NCBI GenBank assembly: GCA_964525635.1
Contig: CAZGJX010000038.1
Span: 1-23,109 of the forward strand
Direction: 5' to 3'
Length of the DNA stretch: 23,109 nucleotides
DNA from: an uncultured archaeon
GTDB taxonomy: Archaea > Asgardarchaeota > Lokiarchaeia > Sigyniarchaeales > SOKP01
Shown: piece by piece, positions 10,139-18,883 of the stretch
Numbering within the stretch: the stretch's first letter is position 1
Layout: each line of letters opens with the position of its first letter
The notes under the pieces: generated by a model
Database searches by the model: none
The model's input: the letters and a program-made list of their open reading frames with translations, nothing else
Told to the model about the DNA's origin: nothing
Translations under genes and position numbers: made by a program

Positions 10139-11511
10139 TTCGCATTTCCTATTATTTGAACATTATCAATTTTTACATATGGTGCTTGATATGGACCATA
10201 TATTTTATATTCCTTTGAAATTTGACTAATATTTTGAAATAAATCCATTAGATTAATTCCAAACATAGTTTTATTTAACGAATGCTTAATTTCACCATTT
10301 TCAATTAAATTACCTTGCAATATTAATCCTGAAAAATCGCCTGTAGAGATATTTGCTGAATCTCCCGAATACTCAAAAAGAATTCCTTGTTTTATATCAT
10401 TAATTAATTCTTCCTTAGAAATTGTTCCTGGTTTTAGATTAAAATTTGTTGCATCTATTGAGGGTAATGAACTATATGATGATCGCATAGCATTTCCTGT
10501 GCTTTCAATTCCTTCTTTAGCTGCGGTATAACTATTATGGAGCAAACCTTGTTCAAGAAATTTACCCTTTTCAATGATCTTTTTATTTTTACATGGTGTT
10601 CCCTCATCATCAAATATAGAAGAACCAGTACCTCCTTCAATTAAAGCATTATCTTCGATATTAAGTAGTTCTGACCCAATTTGATTTCCTTTTTTCTCAA
10701 CAAGAAAACTTCTCTTATATTGGAAGGCTTCAGCATTAATTGCAGAAATTAAGGGTTGTAAAATTAGATTAATTGTACCTGTAGGCGTTAAGACCAAAGG
10801 AATCTTCATATTATTAACACCTTTTCTGTTTAAATGTCGTTTTGCATTTTTCAAAGCATTTATGGCAATTTTTTGAGCATTTAAATCTTTGATATTTCTT
10901 ACAGATTGCCAATCAAATCCAAATGATGTTTTCTTGGTTATTTTATCTTTAACTATTATATTTGATGATATTGAACATATTGTATTTTTACTTGAAACCT
11001 CTAAACCATTTGAATTTATGATATATATCTCAGAATAGTTAGATTTGAAATTTGCTGATTGAGAAATAGCTAGCTCATCTTCTTCACAAACTTTAATCAA
11101 ATCTTCTACATATTGAGAAGAATCCTCAACTTCAATTTGTTCAATATTTTTATCATATAATCCTCTGATTGAAGGATAATTTTTAGGTTTTTTTGGAAGG
11201 TCTTTAAAATCAGGATCAGATGTACCAACTTTCATCATTTTTATAGCCGTGTTTACAATCTTATCAATAGTTTTTTTTTCAAATTTATTGGTAAAAGAAA
11301 AACCTAAAGAACCTCTATTATCTATTACTCTTACAGAGACTCCCATTTCAGTCCCCAATGTACTATTTTTGATTGAATTTTCTTCGATTTCTATATTAAT
11401 ATATTTATCTTTACTCAGATACACTTCCGAACATTTTACATTTGTTTCCCTTACTTTTATAATATTTGTTATATTTTTAACTAACTCAAATATATCTATT
11501 TCCTCACTCAT
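10135..11511 (-). CDS. pmbA: PmbA/TldE family protein (non-catalytic partner of TldD)
   Basis: G.SVRVI...G.LGFS, FDDEGTP, STGNA.R, N..TGDFSG, LIENGEI, P.VKI. No HExxxH motif. Confidence 0.9.
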   Translation of the reverse strand: MSEEIDIFELVKNITNIIKVRETNVKCSEVYLSKDKYINIEIEENSIKNSTLGTEMGVSVRVIDNRGSLGFSFTNKFEKKTIDKIVNTAIKMMKVGTSDPDFKDLPKKPKNYPSIRGLYDKNIEQIEVEDSSQYVEDLIKVCEEDELAISQSANFKSNYSEIYIINSNGLEVSSKNTICSISSNIIVKDKITKKTSFGFDWQSVRNIKDLNAQKIAINALKNAKRHLNRKGVNNMKIPLVLTPTGTINLILQPLISAINAEAFQYKRSFLVEKKGNQIGSELLNIEDNALIEGGTGSSIFDDEGTPCKNKKIIEKGKFLEQGLLHNSYTAAKEGIESTGNAMRSSYSSLPSIDATNFNLKPGTISKEELINDIKQGILFEYSGDSANISTGDFSGLILQGNLIENGEIKHSLNKTMFGINLMDLFQNISQISKEYKIYGPYQAPYVKIDNVQIIGNAN

Positions 11512-11622
11512 CAGAATTTAACTCTTATGTAGTACTTTATTTTTTTTTTTCTATTTTCACTTAATATAATATTTTATACTTCGGTTTTTTTTATAAAATT
11601 GGATTTAAATAATCATAACACT

Positions 11623-11664
11623 CTATCTCAATCCACCTACAGTTATATTCTTCACACGAATATA
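11623..11664 (-). repeat. Orphan copy of the tldD 3' end (YIRVKNITVGGLR*); imperfect direct repeat of 13248-13289
   Basis: Minus strand TAT ATT CGT GTG AAG AAT ATA ACT GTA GGT GGA TTG AGA TAG versus tldD TAT ATT CGT GTG AAA AAT ATA ATT GTT GGA GGA TTA AAC TGA. The exact 14-bp core ttcacacgaatata is at 11651-11664 and 13276-13289. Confidence 0.92.
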
Positions 11665-13289
11665 CATAAAATTAGATATTATTTAAAGATCACCAACTAG
11701 ATCTAATATAAAAATCAAAAATCTATCATTCCCTATGTATTTATTCTTATTAGAAATTTTAAATAAAATAAGAAATAATAAATATTATTCAAATTATGTA
11801 ATGAATTAATAAGTGATATATAGTGTTTTACTGGTTGGGAATATATCTATAATTAAAAATAAGATAGATTATTTCCCTTATTTATAGAAAAAAAGACCTC
11901 ATAATCATCACTCATTATCTTTATAGATAAAAAAATTGAAAATAAATCCAAAATTATCATTAAAATTATATTGAATTAAAGTGTTTAAGAATTACAGGTA
12001 AATATGTAAATCTTATGGAACTATCAAAAAAAGAAAGAATTTGGATAAATCCATCAGAAATTCATAATATATATTCGGAGTTAAAGAATATAGGTATTCC
12101 ATATAAAAGAATTCAAGAAAAAATTAATAATAAAGAATTAAAAGATACAACATTTCTTGATAGACTAGAAAAATTATTCAATAAAAGTAAGATAAATGGT
12201 AAAAGTAACATCAAATTTTCCTCTCGCTATAAATTAACAGAATTATTAGGAATAAAATTTGGACGTTTACTTTACCCCGAAAAAAAAAAGAAATCTTTTA
12301 TTAATAGAGATATTTTAAATAAACTAGAGTTCTTATTAGGAAAAAAAATTTTACATAAAGTTTTTATTGGGCAATATCAGAAAATAGAAAGAGATAATGA
12401 TGCAATTCTAGCTGAATTTATTGGAATTTGTCTTGGAGATGGAAATCTTTTAGCTGAAGATAAACATTATGGAGTAAGAATTATTTTAGATTTTAAACAT
12501 GATCCAAAATATGTAAAATATGTATCACAGATAATGAAATTAATCCTTAAAAGAGATCCTGCAATTCAAGCAGTGAGTGGTACTAAAGTTTTAAGTATAT
12601 GGGGTAATTGTATTCCTGATTTTTTAATTTCAAAAGGACTAATTCCCGGAGATAAAGTTAAAAACCAAATAGGTGTGCCAAAATGGATAAAAGATAATGA
12701 TTTATTTGCTATATCTTGTTTAAAGGGGCTTATTGATACAGATGGTAGCATACATATTCATAAAAAGAGTAAAGGGATAAATATTAAATTCTCAAGTGCT
12801 TCTTATCAACTTATTTCTGATTTTAAAGAAATATGTGGGATGATAAATGTTAAAACAGGAAATATAATTAATTCCTTAAGAGGAATATCTAAAAAATCTG
12901 GGAAAAAAAAAATAGATTATAATATATTAATTTCCTCCAAAAAAGCAGTTAATCGTTTTATTGAAATTATTAATCCACAGAAGTGGAAGTATAGAGCTAA
13001 TATATTAGGATTACAATTAATTGCTTTAAAAAACTATGAAAAATGGAAATTTATAAAAGATAAACTAAATATCTCCTATCCAGATGGAAAAACACACTGG
13101 AATTTAAAATATGAGAATTATTTGAAGGATCTTTGTATTTTATATGGTTATGATGTTAGTCATAATGCTATAGAAAATGCGATATTTAAGGCATTTGAAT
13201 ATAAAAAGAATAGAATTTAAATAATCAATATTATAAAAAATATCTGCTCAGTTTAATCCTCCAACAATTATATTTTTCACACGAATATA
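11651..13289. mobile_element. Putative LAGLIDADG-endonuclease insertion element in the tldD 3' end (1625 bp between repeat cores)
   Basis: Bounded by the duplicated tldD 3' end, splits the tldD-pmbA pair, and contains a single ORF (LAGLIDADG) on the opposite strand. Confidence 0.8.
12015..13220 (+). CDS. Free-standing two-motif LAGLIDADG (intein DOD-type) endonuclease
   Basis: Motif 1 LAEFIGICLGDG, motif 2 CLKGLIDTDGSI, and the G..PG.K.....VPKWI segment between them. No intein splicing termini: Met start, no terminal His-Asn. Confidence 0.9.
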   Translation: MELSKKERIWINPSEIHNIYSELKNIGIPYKRIQEKINNKELKDTTFLDRLEKLFNKSKINGKSNIKFSSRYKLTELLGIKFGRLLYPEKKKKSFINRDILNKLEFLLGKKILHKVFIGQYQKIERDNDAILAEFIGICLGDGNLLAEDKHYGVRIILDFKHDPKYVKYVSQIMKLILKRDPAIQAVSGTKVLSIWGNCIPDFLISKGLIPGDKVKNQIGVPKWIKDNDLFAISCLKGLIDTDGSIHIHKKSKGINIKFSSASYQLISDFKEICGMINVKTGNIINSLRGISKKSGKKKIDYNILISSKKAVNRFIEIINPQKWKYRANILGLQLIALKNYEKWKFIKDKLNISYPDGKTHWNLKYENYLKDLCILYGYDVSHNAIENAIFKAFEYKKNRI

Positions 13290-14693
13290 TGGTCCACCAT
13301 CACAAACTCTAACACTTTGACCTCCTTTTCCACAATTTCCATCCGAAAAACTGATTTCATTACCAATCGCATCAATATTATTAAGAACTTCTAAAGTCAT
13401 TCCTGAGAGAGAAACATCTCTCATTAATTCTTTTTTTTCTCCATTTTCGATCTTATAAGATAATCTAGCTTTAAATTGAAAATTTCCTGTTGTTGGATCA
13501 GTGTATCCATATTGAAAATCTTCGCATAAAATACCTTCTTTAGTGTCTTCAATCATTTCTTCTATAGTCCAGTCTTTTGGTTCTAAAATAGTGATTCCCA
13601 TGCGAACTTGTGGTTTGGTTATGTTTGAAGCGGCTCTCCCATGACCGTTTGGCTGAACATTCATCCTTGATGCGGTTTCTATACTATGAAGATAATTCTT
13701 AAAGATACCCTTATCTATAATCGTTGTCTTTTGAGAAGATACACCCTCATCATCTATTAAATAACTACCATATAGTTCATAAGGTAAATTAATTTTCTCT
13801 CCTTGACCGAGTCTTGGATCATCTATTATTGAAACATCTTCAATAGCAACTTTTTCTTCAATTTTATCTTCTAAAATACTTTCTTTATTTAATACTAAAT
13901 CTGCTTCACACGCATGTCCAAATGCCTCGTGAATAAAAGTCCCTGTTAGTTTTGGATCCATTATTAATGTAAAGGTTCCCCCAACAGGAGATTGCGCATC
14001 TAATAAATTAACTGCTTCTTTAGCAGATAAAGAACTTATTTCCTTTGCTTTTTCTGTTTCTGTAATCTCAAATCCTCCAAGACCTCCTATCGAATTGACA
14101 CCTCTTTGGATGATACCATTTTTTTGAGCATAAACAGAACTAAATAATCTTAGTAGAGATAATTTTTGAGATATTTGGGATCCAAAAGAATTAATAAAAA
14201 TATTACTCCCTATCCCATCAAAATATAAGGTTTGGGTATTTTTTATGCTTGAACTAAAATTATTGGCAATTTTCTCATGTTCTTTAACAAGATTTATTTT
14301 TTCGGTTATGTCTATATTTTCTAATTGTTTTTTACTCTTTAATTTAAAATCTCTATTAATGATTTCAGTTTCTTTTATTTTAAATTTATATTTACATAAA
14401 GATTCTGATAATTGAGCTAATTTAACAGCCTTTTGAAAGTTTTTTTCAAGAGAATGTCTTGATAAATCCTCTATAACGACAAATCCCCACCCACCATTTA
14501 AAAAAGTTCTGATACTACATTTATTTGTCTCATAGGAAGAGATTTCTTTACTTTTTTTATCTGTAAATTCAATTGAAGTACCTATACTAGTCCCAGCTCT
14601 AATATCCCAATATTCTATCTTATTATTTGAAAGATTATTTAGTTTTTTTATTAATTTCTCATCAAATATTTTTAATTCTTCTATTAATTCCAT
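13248..14693 (-). CDS. tldD: TldD metalloprotease
   Basis: Metal-binding HEAFGH.CEAD, DDEGV, NGHGRA, P.VRM..T, and C-terminal CGKGGQSVRV.DGGP.IRV. Confidence 0.94.
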   Translation of the reverse strand: MELIEELKIFDEKLIKKLNNLSNNKIEYWDIRAGTSIGTSIEFTDKKSKEISSYETNKCSIRTFLNGGWGFVVIEDLSRHSLEKNFQKAVKLAQLSESLCKYKFKIKETEIINRDFKLKSKKQLENIDITEKINLVKEHEKIANNFSSSIKNTQTLYFDGIGSNIFINSFGSQISQKLSLLRLFSSVYAQKNGIIQRGVNSIGGLGGFEITETEKAKEISSLSAKEAVNLLDAQSPVGGTFTLIMDPKLTGTFIHEAFGHACEADLVLNKESILEDKIEEKVAIEDVSIIDDPRLGQGEKINLPYELYGSYLIDDEGVSSQKTTIIDKGIFKNYLHSIETASRMNVQPNGHGRAASNITKPQVRMGITILEPKDWTIEEMIEDTKEGILCEDFQYGYTDPTTGNFQFKARLSYKIENGEKKELMRDVSLSGMTLEVLNNIDAIGNEISFSDGNCGKGGQSVRVCDGGPYIRVKNIIVGGLN

Positions 14694-14802
14694 ATAAATT
14701 CTCTTAAATCATTTTACAGACAAGAAAAATTAATTCTTTTCTTTAAAGAATTCTTAGAAAACTAATTTAAATAACTTTGGGTTTAAGAAAAAATATAGGA
14801 TT

Positions 14803-15045
14803 TCAAGAATTATGCTTTCGATTCAAGTAATTTAGTATATCTTCCTTTACAGTTTTTTTTTTAAGTTCTTTTATTATAACTATCGCTGTGTTTAATGAAC
14901 ATTTTTTTAAGAATTTTGAAGATTTGTTAAAATCAAAAGTTCGATTACATCTCCAACATTTTTTTTTCTTTATTCTTCTTGGGCTATAAAACCATTCACC
15001 ACAATAAACACATCTAAAAAAGTAATAATTACCTGAATAACCCAT
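14803..15045 (-). CDS. Small zinc-binding protein, DUF1922-like
   Basis: Y.FFRCVYCG..FY....K.KKCWRC..F (two CxxC), basic. Co-oriented upstream of tldD. Confidence 0.65.
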   Translation of the reverse strand: MGYSGNYYFFRCVYCGEWFYSPRRIKKKKCWRCNRTFDFNKSSKFLKKCSLNTAIVIIKELKKKTVKEDILNYLNRKHNS

Positions 15046-15287
15046 TTCTTAAAATAAAAACGATCAAGAAATTATAAATAAAAATAGATTGATGAATTTC
15101 TGATTTAACACTCATTTATAGAAATATATTTATTATTAGTCTTTAATTAAATCAGTTTGTTTCTTAACTAATAAATAAATATATTTTTAAAAGTATCATT
15201 ATTAAATCTTAGAGAAGAATAAGTTTAGAATTATTATAAATAGTCTAAATTAAATATTGTAAAAAAAAAGATATAGAATGATGAGAA

Positions 15288-16646
15288 ATGAATCATAAAT
15301 TTATTCATCCTATTGAAACAAGATATCGTACGTCAATGGCAGAGATATTTACAGAAGAGAAGAAATTGGAAAATTGGTTAAGGATAGAAGGCATATTAGC
15401 ACTTGTTCATGCAAAATTAGAGAATATTCCATCAAAGGAAGCTGAAGAAATAAATAAAAAAGCAAATTTGAAGTATGTTAAATTAGAAAGAGTAAAGGAA
15501 ATTGATAAAGAGATACATCATGATCTTATGGCCATGGTAAAGGCTTTAGCAGAGCAATGCGATGGAGATGCAGGGAAATTTATACATCTTGGTGCAACAA
15601 GTTATGATATTGAAGACACTGCTATAGCAATGCAGTTAAAAGAGGGTTTAATTCTTTTAGAAACCAAATTAAAGGCTTTATTAAAAGAATTATTTTATCT
15701 TATAGAAAAAAATAAGGATCTTGTCTGTATTGGTCGAACACACGGACAACATGCAATACCTACTACATATGGAATGAGATTTGGAGTATGGGCTTATGAA
15801 GTTGACCGTCATATTGAAAGACTAAATCAGATAAAGGAGCGTATATCCTATGGTAAAATGTCAGGAGCAGTTGGGACAATGGCAAGTTTTGGTGAAAAAG
15901 GAATAGATATTCAGAATGAGGTTATGAAAGAATTAAACCTTAATCCTGTACAGATAGCTAATCAAATTGTTCAGAGAGATCGACATGCGGAAGTGATATT
16001 TTTAACCTCTTTAATAGGACAAACTTTAGCTAAAATAGCTCGTGAGAATCGAATACTTCAAAGAAATGAAATTGCAGAGGCATTTGAACCCTTCAAAAAG
16101 AAACAAGTAGGAAGCTCAACTATGCCTCATAAAAGAAATCCCCATAAATCTGAGAGAATATGTAGTCTAGCGAGAATTTTAAAATCTAATATTATTGTAG
16201 CATTGGATAATGTTGTGTTAGAAGATGAAAGAGATTTGACAAATTCTGCTTCTGAAAGGGTAATTTTCGCAGAAAACTTCATTTTTCTTGATTTTATGAT
16301 TTCCCAATTAATTCAACACTTTCAAGGGATACAATTAAACAAAGTGAATATTGAAAAAAATCTAAATTTAACAAAAGGAGCATGTTTAGCAGAAAAAATT
16401 ATGGTAGAATTAGTCAATAGAGGTATAGGTCGACAAGAAGCACATGAGATTTTACGTCAAACTGCTATAAAAGCAAGAGATGAAGATCGTTTTATGAAAG
16501 ATATTATCATGGAAAATAAAGAAATTAATCAAAAATTTTCAAACCAAGAGATTGAAGAACTATTTAATCCACATAAATATTTAGGAAAAGCAGTTGCTCA
16601 ATTAGATATACTTTTAAATAATTTAAAAAAAAAATATAAATTTTAA
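15288..16646 (+). CDS. purB: Adenylosuccinate lyase
   Basis: HHD.MA, H.GATS.DI.DT, GRTHGQHA.PTT.G, K.SGAVGT, fumarate-lyase signature GSSTMPHKRNP. Confidence 0.97.
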   Translation: MNHKFIHPIETRYRTSMAEIFTEEKKLENWLRIEGILALVHAKLENIPSKEAEEINKKANLKYVKLERVKEIDKEIHHDLMAMVKALAEQCDGDAGKFIHLGATSYDIEDTAIAMQLKEGLILLETKLKALLKELFYLIEKNKDLVCIGRTHGQHAIPTTYGMRFGVWAYEVDRHIERLNQIKERISYGKMSGAVGTMASFGEKGIDIQNEVMKELNLNPVQIANQIVQRDRHAEVIFLTSLIGQTLAKIARENRILQRNEIAEAFEPFKKKQVGSSTMPHKRNPHKSERICSLARILKSNIIVALDNVVLEDERDLTNSASERVIFAENFIFLDFMISQLIQHFQGIQLNKVNIEKNLNLTKGACLAEKIMVELVNRGIGRQEAHEILRQTAIKARDEDRFMKDIIMENKEINQKFSNQEIEELFNPHKYLGKAVAQLDILLNNLKKKYKF

Positions 16647-16659
16647 ACAATGTTAGAGT

Positions 16660-17844
16660 ATGAAAAATAAAAAAACAGACTTATATTCAAGTTTAGGTGT
16701 ATCCTCTAAAAAAGAAGATGTTCATAAAGCAATTGAAAATAAGGATAAAGGATTATTTCCAGGGGCATTTTGCAAAATTGTAAAGGATATAGCAGGTCGA
16801 GAAGATTATTGCTCAATTTTCCATGAAGATGGAGCAGGGACCAAAGCTAGTTTAGCCTATATGTATTATAAAGAAACTGGAGATATAACTGCTTTTAGGG
16901 GGATTGTAAGAGACGCTATAAATATGAATATAGACGATATTATGTGTGTTGGTTCTACAGGAAATATTTTGCTTTCAAATACAATCGCAAGAAATGCATA
17001 TTTTATTGATGGATATATGTTAAACGAGATTATTGATGAATATGAATCTTATTGTAAAAAATTATCCTCTTACGGTTTAAATATCAAAACTAGTGGAGGA
17101 GAAACTGAAGATATGGGAGATATTATTAAAACTCTTTCCGTATTTGCCTCTGTATTTACAACTATGAAGCAAGAAGATGTAATAAATGCTGATAATATAT
17201 CAGGAAATGACATTATTATTGGATTAGCTAGTTATGGAAAAGCTTCTTACGAAGAAGAATATAATAGTGGAATTGGAAGTAATGGGCTTACATTAGCTAG
17301 ACATGGAGTTCTTTCACATGATTATTATCATAAATATCCTGAATGCTATGATCATAAGATTCAAGAAAGTATGATTTTTTATGGCAAATATAAATTAACA
17401 GACATATTTGATGAAAGAAACACAACTATAGGTAAAGCTTTGTTATCACCAACGAGATCTTATGTTCCTGTTTTACTTAAAGTTCTAAAGAAATATAGAA
17501 ATAAAATTAATGGTATTATACATAATACTGGAGGAGGACAAACAAAATGCCTCAATTTTGGGAAAAATATAAAATACATTAAAGATGATCTTTTCACGCT
17601 TCCCAGAATTTTTGAAATAATTCAGAATTCATCTAAAGCAGCATGGGAAGAAATGTATGGCGTTTTTAATATGGGACATCGTATAGAACTATTTTGTGAT
17701 GAATCAATCTCAAAGGATATTATTAAAATAGCTAATCAATTTGATATTGATGCTAAGATCATAGGTTATTGTGAGAAATCCCCTAAAAAAAATAAGAATA
17801 TTTTAGAAATTAAATCTGTTTTTGGGAATTTTGTATATAGCTAA
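16660..17844 (+). CDS. purM: Phosphoribosylformylglycinamidine cyclo-ligase (AIR synthase)
   Basis: Y...GV, DGAGTK, MN.DD..CVG, GGET, S.GIGSNG.TLAR, LLSPTR.Y, H.TGGG, EMY.VFNMG. Lies 13 nt downstream of purB. Confidence 0.9.
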   Translation: MKNKKTDLYSSLGVSSKKEDVHKAIENKDKGLFPGAFCKIVKDIAGREDYCSIFHEDGAGTKASLAYMYYKETGDITAFRGIVRDAINMNIDDIMCVGSTGNILLSNTIARNAYFIDGYMLNEIIDEYESYCKKLSSYGLNIKTSGGETEDMGDIIKTLSVFASVFTTMKQEDVINADNISGNDIIIGLASYGKASYEEEYNSGIGSNGLTLARHGVLSHDYYHKYPECYDHKIQESMIFYGKYKLTDIFDERNTTIGKALLSPTRSYVPVLLKVLKKYRNKINGIIHNTGGGQTKCLNFGKNIKYIKDDLFTLPRIFEIIQNSSKAAWEEMYGVFNMGHRIELFCDESISKDIIKIANQFDIDAKIIGYCEKSPKKNKNILEIKSVFGNFVYS

Positions 17845-17856
17845 TGGGATTAAATA

Positions 17857-18819
17857 ATGGAAAAATTTGACGTTATATGTATTGGAGCAGCATTAATTGA
17901 TATTGTGGCTAGTGTTGATAGGCATCCTTTGGAGGATGATGAAGTTTTTGTTTCAAAACTTAAATTAATTTGTGGTGGAGCAGCTGCAAATACAGCTACT
18001 GCCTGTAGTAATTTGGGATTAAAGACTGCTTTTATTGGAAAACTAGGATATAAAGATACATATGGAAAAAAAATCATCCAAGATTTTAAAAATAATTCTA
18101 TAAATACAAAATTAATTAAATTCTCTAAAGAGTTAAAGACGGGTTCAACTTATATTGCACTAAATTCTGAAGGTGATAGAAGAATATATGCTCATAGTGG
18201 TGCTGCAAATTATTTAACAAAAGAAGATATAAAAGAAGAAGAACTTCTTTATTCCAAAGTAATATTTTTAAGTAGCCTAAAAAATTTTGAAGGTTTTTCA
18301 GAAGCGGGAAAGATTGGGAAAAAAAATAATATTCCTGTTATTTTAAATCCTGGTATGTTAATCATTGACCAAGGTTTTCTAAATATTAAGGAATTATTAG
18401 AAACAGTTGATATTTTAATATTATCTAAAAGAGAGTATGAAACATTAAATAACATAACTGAAATTAATTATGAACATAATAATTATATTGAGATTAATGA
18501 GAAATTCTGGAATCTAAATATTAAAGCCATTGTTATAACATTAGGAGAAGATGGTGCATTATTATTAACTAAAAAAAACAAACTATTAATCTCTTCAACA
18601 AAAATAAATCATGTTATAGATACAACAGGAGCAGGAGATGCTTTTTCTGCAGGATTTATTTATGGATTTCTTCAGAATTCCAACTTTGATTTTGATAATC
18701 TTATTAAGAATGTGAAGATTGGTAATTTTATCGCAACAAAATGTATTCAAGAATTAGGAGCAAGGAATGGTTTTCCCAGTACGGATCAAATTAAAGAATT
18801 TTATGACAAGATTAAATAA
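17857..18819 (+). CDS. PfkB/ribokinase family kinase
   Basis: GGAAANTA...LG...FIGK.G, G.R, ITLG..GA, DTTGAGDAFSAG. Confidence 0.92.
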   Translation: MEKFDVICIGAALIDIVASVDRHPLEDDEVFVSKLKLICGGAAANTATACSNLGLKTAFIGKLGYKDTYGKKIIQDFKNNSINTKLIKFSKELKTGSTYIALNSEGDRRIYAHSGAANYLTKEDIKEEELLYSKVIFLSSLKNFEGFSEAGKIGKKNNIPVILNPGMLIIDQGFLNIKELLETVDILILSKREYETLNNITEINYEHNNYIEINEKFWNLNIKAIVITLGEDGALLLTKKNKLLISSTKINHVIDTTGAGDAFSAGFIYGFLQNSNFDFDNLIKNVKIGNFIATKCIQELGARNGFPSTDQIKEFYDKIK

Positions 18820-18883
18820 TAAAGTTTAAAAAATTTTAATGCTAATACTTTTTAAATTAGTAAAAACTTAAAGGATTTTTTAA

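Noticed and set aside
12015-13220. LAGLIDADG ORF as an intein or intron-encoded ORF
   Set aside because: It is antisense to the flanking genes, has its own start and stop, lacks Hint-domain termini, and I found no convincing BHB or group I structure at the junctions.
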